From Octopus vulgaris (taxonomy: Eukaryota), in contig OX597830.1 of the NCBI GenBank assembly GCA_951406725.2, forward strand, positions 11,160,001-11,224,000: DNA of 64,000 nucleotides, written 5' to 3'. Made by a program: the position numbers and the translations under genes. The notes under the pieces were generated by a model, which was given only the letters and a program-made list of their open reading frames with translations, ran no database searches and was not told the origin of the DNA. Position 1 is the first letter of the stretch, and each line of letters begins with the position of its first letter. Shown here in pieces: positions 49,440 through 62,000 of the stretch.

Positions 49440-50460
49440 ATGGGAAACAGAGAGAGAATTACCGTAGTCTTACCTGTTTATCTAGAAGGGTCACTCACAA
49501 TGTCCATGTGCTCTGTCTGCCACTGTATGTGGAAGGGGTCACTTATAACGTCCACATGCTCTCGTACACTGTCCACTGCCAACTGACCACTTGCACCTTG
49601 CCAACCCTGCATGCCCACTGCAGACCTTCTGGTGGGACTCACAGGCCCCTCTTCCAACAGAATATGCATACTTCCTCACTTCCAGTCCTTCCCTACAACA
49701 CAGCCTGGCTCATAACACCACACGCCCACCCTGATCTGAAGATCATTCAACCAACCTGCTCACACTCTCTCCTCAACCCTGACCACATGCCTTAACTTGT
49801 CTCGTAATCAGCTAACCAGTGAGGAGGGTATCGCTCCTTCTGTGGTCGCTGTGGGACTTCAGGACTGGCCTCAGTCCTTGGTATGCTGCTGCCAGCTTCA
49901 TCCTCTTGTCCATTACTGTTGGCTCCATCCTCCAACACATTGATGATCCTGTGCACATCTAAAACATGATGTAGCATGCCATCTACGGACACGTTGTTCC
50001 TCGAATTTACAGAGGTTATTGTCCCCTTTCCTCATTGTGATGTGCACCATGCATTTGGGGATTTAACCCAGACTTCTTCCTTGACCTCCACAAAGGTATG
50101 CTCTTTCTCTTCTTTGGGTTGCAGCAATGCAGTACATGGATGTCTCCACACATACTTGAATATTGCCTTGTGTGGCACTGATTCCTCAGCCTATCCTGAC
50201 CTGGGTAACATATTATACCAAAAAACAGCCTTGACTGGTGAGATGTGGCCTCTCTCTGCTATGGTCTTGATGGTGCAATGATGCTTCTCCACAACACCAA
50301 TGCCACTTGGCCAGTATGCTGCCCTGAAGAAACAGCTAACATGACACTTGTTGAGCATTTCTCTCAGCACCTCCAAGTCCACAAGAAGCTCATCTAAGAG
50401 GTCTCATTCTTGGAATATTTCATTTAGTATTCTTGTGATTTCCTCCATGGTCTCTGTCTT
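49440..50460 (-). mobile_element. Gypsy-like integrase C-terminal remnant with probable 3' LTR sequence
   Basis: RAAYWPSGIGVVEKHHCTIK, EEVWVK, ERYPPHWLADYE. Confidence 0.7.
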
Positions 50461-50778
50461 CATTATCTCTGTGTTTACATCCCTGTAACTTAGTGGTTTA
50501 GCAAAAGAGACTGATAGGATAAGTACTAAGCTTATAAAGAATAAGTCCTAGGGTTGATTTGTTTGACTAAAGGTGGTGCTCTAGCATGGCCACAGTCAAA
50601 TGACTGAAACAAATAAAATAAAAAACAATATAATAAATATTACAGCATTATATAGTATGTATATCATATAACGTTATATGTATGATAAGGTTATATTTTA
50701 TGCATATCACATTAGGTTATATTATGTCTGTCATATTAGCTTTACACTCAGTGCCTAACATCTGTTAATCTTTTACAG

Positions 50779-50829
50779 CAGTTTTTCTCCAGATGTCTAT
50801 TCAAGTGATCGCTATTGCTACAGAAGAAG
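50779..50829 (+). other. Candidate 51-nt exon (NAGNAG acceptor)
   Basis: cttttacag|CAG... GAAG|gtaaga; two frames are open. Confidence 0.4.
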
Positions 50830-52334
50830 GTAAGAAAATCATTATTATATTTTGGAGATAATTTACTTGAAAATAGTTATATGTATATTGGTTTCAAATT
50901 TTGGCACAAGGCTAGCAATTTGGGGGGTGGGGTGGATTACATTGACCCTTAGTGCTCAATTGGTACTTCTGTAATTGATCTCAAAAAGAAAAAAATCAAC
51001 CTCAGCGGAAGTGGTGGGCACACTTCCACTAATGCGTTAACAACTAATTAGCGAAGCTAAGTTTTCATTTAGCGGATTAGCGTTTTGCTAATTTTCGAAA
51101 CCATTAGCAGACCAATTAGCTTCTACTAACTTTAAGTCTGCTAATAAAATTCATGTTTGCTCCTGTCTGTTGTGGGTGTGTTTTGAAGAGTCCATGAGGC
51201 ACACTATTGGTTTACTATGTGTACATGGGACAAGATGTGATTGGCCAACGCAGCAGCTTTGTGTAATTCTGCAGTTTTTAAGTTGTGTTCACTTACAACG
51301 TTGTCACTTTACAGACAGTCTTACCATGTCAGTGACAGCAGTGTATGTTATCAGCTTATCAAGTTATTGCTTATTGCTATGGAAGGTGAAGACGTTTTTG
51401 TTGGGCCTGAGGATGAAGGGCCTCTTAAGGAGTCTGCAACAGCTGTGGGTGAGGCAGAGGTCGCTCAAGTTGAGAGCAAAGAGTCTCAGAACCCATAGCT
51501 CCACATGGAAGACTACTTTGTATGTCAAAGGATAATGGGAATGTCAAACTCTTGTACTCCTGATGCATCATGTGCCACCCTGAGGAAACCACCATCAGGG
51601 GACAAGCAGTGAACCTCTACAACTTGAAGTTGCATGTCAAGAGGAAACACAGTGCATGTCCATTCAGTTTGAGGGGAGGATCAAGGCCAGCTCTTCCCAT
51701 GGGAAACACAGGCAATCTTGTGGTAGCAGTGCCAGTAGCCAGTTGTCACAACTATGTGCAAAGAAAGCATGCCAGCCCAGCATTGGAGGGTGTGTTTGCC
51801 CAAACTGCTGGCACTGGTGTCCATCAGTCTTTGGTGAACAGAAGGATTGTAGATCTGTTTATTGACAACATGTTACTGGAGTCTACCTTGGTTGGCCTGA
51901 TCAAGATGTTGAAACCCGGCAAGACATCGATGTCCCACCCCACTCTGGGTAGGATGATCTTGGACAGTCATAAACAGTTGGAGGAGTATCTTACAAGGTA
52001 TTTATAAATTAAAATTATACGAGATTATTAAATTACTATTATGGCGTACTTCATATTTTCTTAATTCAATTTAATTATTTATTAGATTATTATTTTCTTA
52101 ATTAATGTAATAAAATGTATAATAGCTAATTGAAATAAATGTCATAATATACACACAGCAAAACAGCAATCTTTAAAGGAATAATGAATAAATGAACCTT
52201 AAGTTCTGAACTTAATCAAATTCCAACTATCATACCATCCCTCATCTTGGTTAATCTTCACCCCCAGCATGTCACCTTTCAAATTAGTGTTACTATTTTC
52301 AAAAGTTTAATAACAAAGCTTTAAATTATAGGCA

Positions 52335-52830
52335 ATCATCATCATCATCATCATCGTTTAACATCCGCTTTCCATACAAGCATGGGTTGGACGATTTTGA
52401 CTGAGGGCTGGCGAGCCAGATGGCTGCACCAGGCTCCAATCTTGATCTGGCAGAGTTTCTACAGCTGGATGCCCTTCCTAATGCCAACCACATGCCACCA
52501 GCACGGGGACCAATCAGGCGGTACGGGCAACGACCTCGCTCGAATCTTTTTACACGTGCCAGTAAAGCGACGTTGGTAACGATCACGCTTGAATGGCGCC
52601 CTTGTACATGCCACGGGTATGGAAGCCAGTTGGCTGCTCTGGCAACGATCACGCTCGGATGGTGTTCTTTGCACCCTACTAGCACAGGCATGAGTGCCAG
52701 TAAGGCGACGCTGGTAACGATCATACTTGAATAGCCGCTCTGTCAACGATCACACTCGTATGGTGCTCTTTGCACCCCGCTAGCACGGATGCCAGTCATC
52801 GAAATGATTTTGATTTTACTTGCCGCAAAA
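52335..52830 (-). mobile_element. RTE 3' UTR-family copy
   Basis: (ATC)n, reverse terminal block, tandem AACGATCAC units. Confidence 0.85.
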
Positions 52831-53108
52831 AGTCTTCATAAGCAGAGTTATTTCCATGAATTTAGAACAGCCAAGTAACAAATGTTAAGCTACAATATGT
52901 GTGATTTTTATAAACAAAATATGGTTATAAGATACTGTGATTAAATGTCCTTCTTCCTTCCTACCCACAAAAAATTATATAAACCACATGCTCACAAAAA
53001 CCATTGCAGTTTGTGCGGAGATGTGGATGAGAGGCTAGTTTTATTTTTTGCTTTTTTTGTTTGTTTTTTTTTAGTATGCCTTCCTTATACTCTGTGTCAG
53101 TTTATATA

Positions 53109-53506
53109 TAGTGATGGTGAATTATTTCCTTGTTGGTTTTAAATTGTTGCTAGCCACCTTGATTTATTTTTGTAATTTTCACATTGTCATTTTGTGAAAT
53201 CAGCCACTGATTTCAGTGGTATCCATGATACTGACTGGGTGAGTTGGCCTCTACCAGCTGTGATGGAGTGAGCATTACTGATGAGTATTAATTCCCTATA
53301 CGAAATTACCATGCTAATCTAATGCATCTTGTTCAGTGTGGAAATGGTTTTCTCACCTGTCAATATAAAGAGACCATATGCTTTTGTGGCTAAGGAGTCT
53401 GTGACTCTTATTTCTAGTAATGCTGGCACTCACTGCACCCTTTGCACTCTTAGTGATGGTGAATTATTTCCTTGTTGGTTTTAAATTACTGCTAGCCATC
53501 TTGATT
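53109..53506 (+). repeat. 342-bp unit with 56-bp terminal redundancy and a degenerate hammerhead (retrozyme/pLTR-like)
   Basis: 53109-53164 repeated at 53451-53506; CTGATGA-GTAT..ATAC-GAAA at 53278-53305. Confidence 0.6.
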
Positions 53507-53718
53507 GACGGATGCTAATCAAATGGGCTCCATGTAAGTTGGCCATTTTACATGTTTAAAAGTTTTTATTGTCAAATATTTTATGTTTAAAAGTTGTGCA
53601 AGAACACTCACTACAAAACTTGATAAATATTTACATAGAATTTCGATCCTGTGTGGGTGAAATTTCCAAAATTTTGAAGGCTTTTGTGGATTCATTTTAG
53701 CCATTTTTCATTTCGAAA

Positions 53719-56190
53719 ATGGCGACTGGAAACCACATGGCCAGTGCACAAGTCATGCGGAATGCTATTGAGGCACTACCGCTACCATTAGCTGCTGAAC
53801 CTGACAGCTTGAATGCTACCAACATCACCACCACCACCACCAAGGACAAAACAAACTTCACGGAAGTGATAAAACAAAAGAGAACCATCGTAAAGTTCTC
53901 TGCACAAGAAATAAACAACACAAAGGTACTTCTCACCAAGGAAGGAGATAATTTACATCTCCACATTCCACAATACATCATGGAAAACACAAAAAAAAAA
54001 ACAATCATATATAAAGTTAACAACATGAAGACAAGATGACCGGAAAGTGCACCACAGCAAAAAATAGAAAAATGTCTTCACCCTGTATGGGCTCACAAGG
54101 AATACATCAATTGGTGGCATAAATTTGGCACAGTCCAAGTACGATTTTCCACATTAGCTATTCATACAGATGATTTGGTGATGATACTGACTTATTTAGG
54201 CCAGAGAGTGATGAAAATCACAATAAAAAATGTGCCACCTGAAGTAGAAACACAATGGCTAAGCTCTGCCATCTGCTTTGAAATGGAAGAGACAAACATT
54301 CTGGAAATCACTGTTCAAGAACAGCAAAACTGTGTGGGGAAAAACAATTCAATTATTTCTTCAAATTGATGAAATATCAACAGAGAAGATACCCACCGCT
54401 ATAGAATTGCCAGAAGGCTACAGACTGTATGTAGTGGTGGAGAGCAGGTGGCCACGCTGCAATCTGTGCAGCAGCGAAACGCATTTGAAAAAGAATTGTC
54501 CAACCACTGCACAACAAGAGCAACAACAACAACCACCACCACAGCCAAAACATTCCAAGAAAAAAGCACTACTACCCACACCACCATCAACACAGAAGAT
54601 GACAGAAGAAGCACTATAAGCAAATCCATCAACAATCAAAAATAATACAACACCTGAGAAAATACCAACACTACCAACAACAGCAAGAAATAAATAAACA
54701 GAAAAACAGAAAAATACAAAAACTGATTCCTCATCCCCTTTACTGCACACACCACACACAAACAGTCAACAACCAGCATCAACGAAAACAACTACACAAC
54801 CACTTATACAAACATACATAGAAACCTACAACATACCCCTACCCACTTCTGATTCCTCAGAAATTTCGGCGGAGGCACAATGAGGCATCAGAGCCACCAT
54901 TCGGTCTCAGGTAGATGAACAGGGGTGCGAATTACTCAAGCCAAGTCAAATGTGTTAGGCCTTTCAACAGCATTTTGCTTGACTGTTTGGGATGAGTGTC
55001 GAGCGAGAATGCAGGGTGGACTTCAGTACCTACCTGCACAGCCTGCCATGACTCAACAAGAGAGGCAAGGTGCTGTGAAGGTGCCACCATGGTGGGAGAA
55101 TGCTCAAGGGACAAATCGCCAGGTGGGTAGGGGTATGTTGTAGGTTTCTATGTATGTTTGTATAAGTGGTTGTGTAGTTGTATGCCAGACCTGTTTGGTG
55201 ATATCTTGCCAGCAGTGTACTGCAACTGGCAGCATCTCCGGTTTTGTGAGCTGAGGAGCCATAACACTGCTGAAGAAAGATCCAAACAAGAGGGACGTAA
55301 TAGATAACTTTAGGCCCATCACTCTGCTCAATGCAGATTTGAAAATTTTGGCCAAAGTGTTAGCCAAGAGGTTGGCACTTGTCATCAAGAAACTGGTCGA
55401 CAAGGCACAAATGTGCGCTGTGCTGGGCCGGATCATCCATGACAACTTCCATCTGATGCACTACATCATAGACAGAGTAGTTAAGGAACCTAGCATAGGC
55501 GGGGCCCTGATCAATTTGGATCAGTCCAAAGCTTTCGATAGGGTAGACCATCGATACTTGGAGGCTGTTCTCATAGCAGCTGGTTTTGGTCCTGTCTTCC
55601 ACAGCTGGACAGCTGCCTTGTACAGAGGCATCCGTTCAGTAAGTCATGTAAATGTACATCTATTGAGACCTTTTGACATTGCATGTTCAGTCCATCAAGG
55701 ATGCCCCTTCTCGTCGCCTGTGGAAGCAGGTGATGCTGAGAGGCATTCCGCAAGAATTGGGATGTGGGACAAGTGTGTCCACATACGTGAACTACGTCAC
55801 TGTCATAGTGTCTAGCCATGAGCACACCAAGCTGGTCAGCGAGACACTGAAAGACTATGAAGCAATAACAGGAAAAAAAAATCAACCCAGAAAAGTCAGT
55901 GGGTTTGCAACTCGGCACCTGGAGAAACAAGTCATTGCTGTCCAACAGCACCTCCATTGTGGGATGCTGGACCAATGGTCTGGTCGAGTTGCTTGGGGTC
56001 TGGTTTGGTCCAGACCCCCAAAATGGAGAAGAACTGGAATGAGATAATGAGTAAGGTGGTCACTCTTGCCTGGAAATGGGCTGAGAGGAAGCTGTCCCTA
56101 AAAGGTTGGGCGGAGATAACGAACACATACATCGCGTCCGTCATCTACTGCTGCCTGGCCATCATGCCTTGTCCTGACCCTACCATCACC
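53719..56190 (+). mobile_element. Decayed Tx1/L1-clade LINE (ORF1 with zinc knuckle; RT fragment)
   Basis: CNLCSSETHLKKNC (CCHC); RPITLLNADLKILAKVLAKRL, LDQSKAFDRVDH, VHQGCP, RKLSLKG; endonuclease apparently missing. Confidence 0.85.
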
Positions 56191-56418
56191 AAACTGGAAT
56201 GCATTCAAAATATGAACTCCTATTGGAATTTACATACCACGGACAAGAAGCATTTCTACCACTTCTACACACCACTTTCCTTGGATAATGAAACTGCAAC
56301 AATAGCATCTTTATATATTTTTATTTTTACTTTTATTTCTATTTTTATTCTCTTATTTCCCTCTATACTCCTTATTTCCTTCCTGAACTCTAATATTACT
56401 CTCTGACCATCTCATATC

Positions 56419-56466
56419 GTCTCTGATGAAGGGATATCCCTAATATCCCAGAAACAGCTGTAAGGC
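56419..56466 (+). ncRNA. Minimal type I hammerhead motif
   Basis: GTCT-CTGATGA-A-GGGATA-TCCCTAA-TATCCC-A-GAAA-CAGCTG-TA-AGGC. Confidence 0.8.
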
Positions 56467-57647
56467 TGACTTTCTGTTTATAACTGTCCCGAAAATTCCA
56501 CACAGCTTTGGCTTTGTTGTCTCATTTTATATAACATATATATATATAGAATTTTAAGTTTTTACTTTACAACTTATGTCTCTTTACAATTTAATATTTT
56601 TTAATTACAGATTGCTCAAGGATGTCCCCTGGGTGGTGACCACCATGGACTGTCAGTCGGCCCTACCTGGGGATGACGGCACACTGGTTGGTCCCCAAGA
56701 CCTGCACAAGACAACATGCCATCCTGGCCTGCTCTCAGTTCAGAGGACATCACACCTTTGATGTTCTCGCCCAGGCCATGATGGATATCCATTACAAGTT
56801 CTGTCTGGAAGACAAGGTGACCAGGACCATGACAGACAATGGCAAAAGCTTTAAGGCAATGGCAAAAGCTTTTATGCAGTTTGGTACAGGAGTTGATCTC
56901 TTGCCAGGCATTCTTGAGGCTGCTGCTAATCCAGACATGGAGGGTGTCAAGGATGTGGACCTGGACGTGGATCCCAAGGCTGGGGATGTGGATGAAGATG
57001 AGTACATCTCTGTTGATGCTATCCCTGATGAGTCCAGTTCCTGGGCCTAAACCTGCCAGTGCACATGAAGTGCGCAGCCCATACCTTCAGCTTGGCAGCC
57101 AGTGTGGATGCTGACAAATCTCTTGATTGCGCTTCGTTTAAGTTGGTCTACAGGAAGGCCATGGAATCTGCAGAGCTGCAACACAGCTCCCCAATAGTAT
57201 CAGATGGAACTCTACCTATGACTCTCTTGTTATCCTGAACAACTTGCTGGAGAAGAATAGGGAAGCTGTCCACAGGGTGACAACACAGCTGAAGTTGCAG
57301 GCCTTCACTGATTCCAATGCCGGCTTCCTGAGAGAGTACGCCCAGGTGATGTTTAATGCTACCAAGGCCTTGGATGAAATCCAGTGGGAGGTCCAGGCTT
57401 ACTTGAGTGCCTTCTGCCAACTGTAGTGGCTACTGTCATGATGTTGAAGGAGGCCAAATTCTAACATCTGTTGTACTGCAGTCCTCTGGTGGATACAATA
57501 AGGGCAAGTATCCCAAAAAGATTTGGGGCCCCTCCTAGAAAGCTAGGAGTGCCAGCTGGCCACTACTTTCCATGCTAATTTCGCCTGGTCAAGCTGGAGC
57601 AGTATAATAACAACCAAGTTAGCAGAGTAATGAATACCACTGAGACC

Positions 57648-57702
57648 TATTTCTTTATTACCCACGAGGGGCTAAACACAGAGGGGACAAACAAGGACAG
57701 AC
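57648..57702 (-). mobile_element. 55-bp 5'-truncated SINE I tail with TSD
   Basis: TSD AATACCACTGAGACC at 57633-57647 and 57703-57717. Confidence 0.9.
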
Positions 57703-58166
57703 AATACCACTGAGACCGTCGTAGAGACAACCCTAATGGTGACCAATGTGGTGGGCAGCAACATCACCAGCAATGAGGATGGAGGAAGATGGTCTCTTCA
57801 GTAATGTCACTCAGTTATGGGAAAGCAGGAGCTACAGGTTACTGAAATCCCATGTGCAGAACATAGTGAAGACCTGGCTGTACACTTTCATCATCACCTG
57901 ATCTTGGTATGATACCTATGCTAAACTATATAACTTTTTGATTCGTTTAATACTTTTTGTACAGTAAATAAAGCATATGACGACTGAAAAACTAATGTTT
58001 AATTTCATTTGTTCATTTGATTATTTGAGTACACCTTGATTATCACCTGATCTTGGCATGCTATACCTTTTTGGAAACCTCTATGTCTAAGCTTTAAGAT
58101 GAAAATTTCAGCTCTCTAGGTCTGTTTTCAGGGATCTTAGATCTGAAAACCCAAACTGAAACTAAA

Positions 58167-58549
58167 TCTTTATATATAAAAGTTGTGTGTGTGTGCTGTC
58201 TGTCTCCTACGATTTAGATTCCTAACTACTCCCACATTCTGCGGTGCAGTTTAACCAAAACCGGGTATCTTATAGTCATGATTCATATCGAGCCCTTCTG
58301 GGTATTAGCGCGCATCTACGATGAGTCTACGATTTAAAAAAAAAATTTACCATCATTTTTTTCGCTATTATATAAAGGAAGTAACTCTCTAAAAACGTCT
58401 ACGATGAGTCAACGATTTAAAAAAAATTTACCATCATTTTTTTTCCATTTTTAATGCATTTTTTTGCTATTTTTTGGCTATAACTCTCTAAAAATGCTTA
58501 TATAGTTATTTCCCTTACAAACCCGAGCAACGCCAGGCGATACTGCTAG
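58167..58549 (+). mobile_element. Non-autonomous Helitron family A
   Basis: A|TC...hairpin-CTAG|T; near-identical to 5307-5687. Confidence 0.85.
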
Positions 58550-59049
58550 TTCATAATAAAAGTTAGCAGTTATCATTTAGCATTAGCTTGTGCTAATTTT
58601 TTTTACCTGTTGAGCTGATTAGCATTTGCAAAGCTAACTTTTTTAGTTAATGGATTGGTGGTTTGTGAAGCTAACATTTTTGGTTAGCTGTGTCCACCAC
58701 TGTTCAGTGGCATTTGAACTTGGAACACAAAAAGGGATGAAATGTTGCTAAGCCTTTTCTCTGGCACACTAATGATTCTGCCTGCTCGCAACCTTATACT
58801 TGTATGTATGTTACTTTATATGCATCACAGCTGATTATTAGTCATTATCACCATCATCACCACCGTGATCGTTACCACTGCTGTCTTTGTCCTCGTCATC
58901 ATCATCATTACTATTCTGCCCATTATCATAACCATCATTGCAGAATCATCTGGAATTAGTAGCCAGATCTCCCTGAAATTATACAGTACTCTCTAAAGAA
59001 AGGAAGGATATATAGACTTATATATAGGCTGTATACTCTTGTCTGAATG

Positions 59050-62000
59050 GTGTGTTCAGCTGCACCCCATTGACATTATAGCAAAGTTATTGTCACAGAG
59101 AGTGGCCTGCAACAGATACCCCCTCTTATAGGGCTCATTTCTTAGATTGGCTGCTGTCATTCTGATTTTTTGGAGGAAACCAGCAGTGTCAGGTCCAAGG
59201 ACACCTGACTGGTGGCCAATCAAACTCAGGTATATCTTCCTCTTCTCTGCATTGTGGGTGGCCTTACCTGGGTTTTCTGTTGATGTGGCAAGGGTGGAAG
59301 GAGAGAATGTGTTGGAGCATGTCACATCCTAGATTAGGGACTTACCTCCCTCATATGGAAAGAGGGTTGTTCTTTCAGGGTGCTTACCGTCCCTGCAGTC
59401 AAGACCTGCTAGCTCTAGTTGTGATGAGAAGCTGGCCAGGTCAAGACCCCTTCTGATAATATCATTCAGAACAGCATGTCAAGGGAACCAGCCCATGTAG
59501 TAGGATAATGGATGCAAGTTGAGTTTGTCAACTACAGCCCCACAATGGAATTTGTGCACATACAGAGACTGGGGTGCTGGGCTACTCTGATGTGAGTGCA
59601 CTTGTCATCAAGAAGGGTACCAGTTGATGGGGAAGACACTGAATCAAGCCATGTGCTGCTGTTTGGCTGCCAAACAGAATGGGGACGGTGAGGTAGTACT
59701 GTTCAAGGAAACCTCCGTTTGCCTGAAGGTTGACTTGCACTTGATGTCATCTCCGTTACATTGCACATTTGTATTCTGGGAGATGGCAAGGCCTTCGGCA
59801 GTCCAATTAGCAAGAGCTGACTCCAGTTCCTGGGCCACATCAAGTTCAGCTGTCCAGTGGAGTACCTCACTGATGAAGGTATGGCTGGAGGAGATTGAGG
59901 AAAGATAGGCTGATAGCACCAGGTCTGAAGTGGAACGGAGGCCAAGGCCAGAGAATTTAACAGATAGTTTCTACTGGTGCCTGCTGTACACTATCAAAAC
60001 TAATATTGCAGATCAGTTCAGCACATCTCCAGATGATGGTATCAATTTCACTGAGTTGATGAGTGAGAAGGTCACTTAGTGCACTGCTTAACAAGAAATG
60101 AAGCTGAGGCAGAGAAAAGCAATTCTTCAAGAGGAAGAAAGCTGAGTTTGCATCAATGAGGTGCAATCTCTGTGTGTCATCCCGGACAGCACTGCAAGAT
60201 TGATCTCCAGGCACTCTTGCATGGTTTTCAGGAGGACTGGGAAGCAAAAATGATACAGCATCCTTTGGTGTCAGCTGAACCCTGCCAAGACGGGCTGGAT
60301 GCTGAGTATACCATCCTGAAATTCAGTCTCACCATAGCTCACATTGAATGGACTGGTCTCAAGCTTAAGGAGCTTTACAGCTGGGATGGTCTGCAGAAGG
60401 TCCCCAGCTGAGCCACCCAGGAACATTGAAGTGTGAGTGGACTGAATGGATAACATCATTGATAGCCAACACAAAAAAGGAGCAGGCCAAGAGGGTCATC
60501 TTACTGGACACTTGTCTTGGAAGTGATCCTATTGTCCAACAGCCATGAATGTGCTGAGTGTTCCATATGAGGAGTGTGCAAGTGGGTGTAATGAGGGAGC
60601 AGCATGTCTTAGATACATCTCCTAGATGTGGTCCTGCCTAATACTGTTGAAGCCTAACCTCTACACTTGATTCCCACTCCCAGATGGACAAGGCTTAGTG
60701 CTTTGCTCTGACTGGTCCACTTGTTATCCTGGCTGCAAGTCATTGAAAAACTTTACCCTCTGCTATCAGACAGACGCCTTCATAATTCAGCATATTCAGG
60801 TTGGCTGAGGAGAGATCTTGTACAGTTTTCTTCATGTAGTGCAGGGTCCACATGAAGAAGACTGTCTGCCAGAGCAGTGATAGATTGGAGGAAACATGCT
60901 TCTGTCTCAGCAGAGTGTGGCAACATTAAATCTCTAGGGTGGTTGGGTCACAGGCCATCTACTCTTCCACTGCTGCACAGGATAGCAGCCACATTTCTTA
61001 CTGGCTGTGGTGAAGGCCATGTTACTGTCTGGGATTTGGAAATCTCTGATAGCTGCCAGAAGATTCAGATGCTTGAGAGGGAGAATAGCCATAACATACA
61101 GTGTGGGTCTGAGCACTGTGTTGCTTGAGGCCATATTTATGACCCTGAATTACTTTGTGATTGACCTGGACTCAGAGCCTTTTCAACAATTGGAAGAGGC
61201 CTGCTGATGAGATCTCAAGAACAAGTGTTACAAAACTTAATTCTTTACTACCCACAAGGGGCTAAACATAGAGGGGACAAACAAGGACAGACAAAGGGAT
61301 TCAGTCGATTATATCGACCCCAGTGCATAACTGGTACTTAATTTATCGACCCCGAAAGGATGAAAGGCAAAGTCGACCTTGGCGGAATTTGAACTCAGAA
61401 CGTGGTGACAGATGAAATACCACAAAGCATTTTGCCCGGCATGCTAACGATTCTACCAGCTCGCCGCCTTTACAAAACTGAATGATTTGTTCCAGTCTTG
61501 TGAGCTGTTTGTAGCAAGTGCTTGGTCTATAAACAATGCTACCACTTTGACCGCAAAATCTCGGGTGGCCTTGGGGATCCTGATTATGGTTTTCTGTGAC
61601 TAGTTGAGATTGGAAGCCACCACAAAGACTTTGTCAGAGCTGAGCAGGATCAAGTCCTCACCATGCTACACTTCTGTGTCCACCTATAATGTTGAGATGG
61701 ATGTCCATCCATCCACTGAAGTTCAGCAACTTGGGCAGTGCCACAGGTACAAGGATTCTGAGGTGCAATGAATGAGTTTGATGCAAGAGGGTGGAAGAAT
61801 TGTTACAGTTGGAACACTTCTTTACCTTCTTCTGCCTGTTGTGTGTGACACAGATGTGACATTGCTCAGCTTCCTGCCATGTTGAGGATGGGAAGAGGAA
61901 GAGTCTCAAGTGCTCACAAAGCTGGGATGAATGTTGTGTCCACAGGATGTTAGGCAGCCAAAAGCAGAGCCACCAATGTAAGGAAGTGCATGAAATGAGT

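Larger units (their letters stand above)
51009..58702 (+). mobile_element. hAT transposon (decayed) inserted in a SINE I, carrying nested elements
   Basis: TIR AGTGGTGGGCACA / TGTGTCCACCACTG; 8-bp TSD CTCAGCGG / TTCAGTGG; BED-like NLKLHVKRKH; TTMDC, HW, LACSQFRGHHT, TMTDNG, CAAHT motifs; SINE halves at 50890-51008 and 58703-58795. Confidence 0.85.

Noticed and set aside
57025-57055. CTGATGA-GTCCAG-TTC-CTGGGC hammerhead-like stem
   Set aside because: Followed by CTAAAC instead of GAAA and lies in hAT coding sequence
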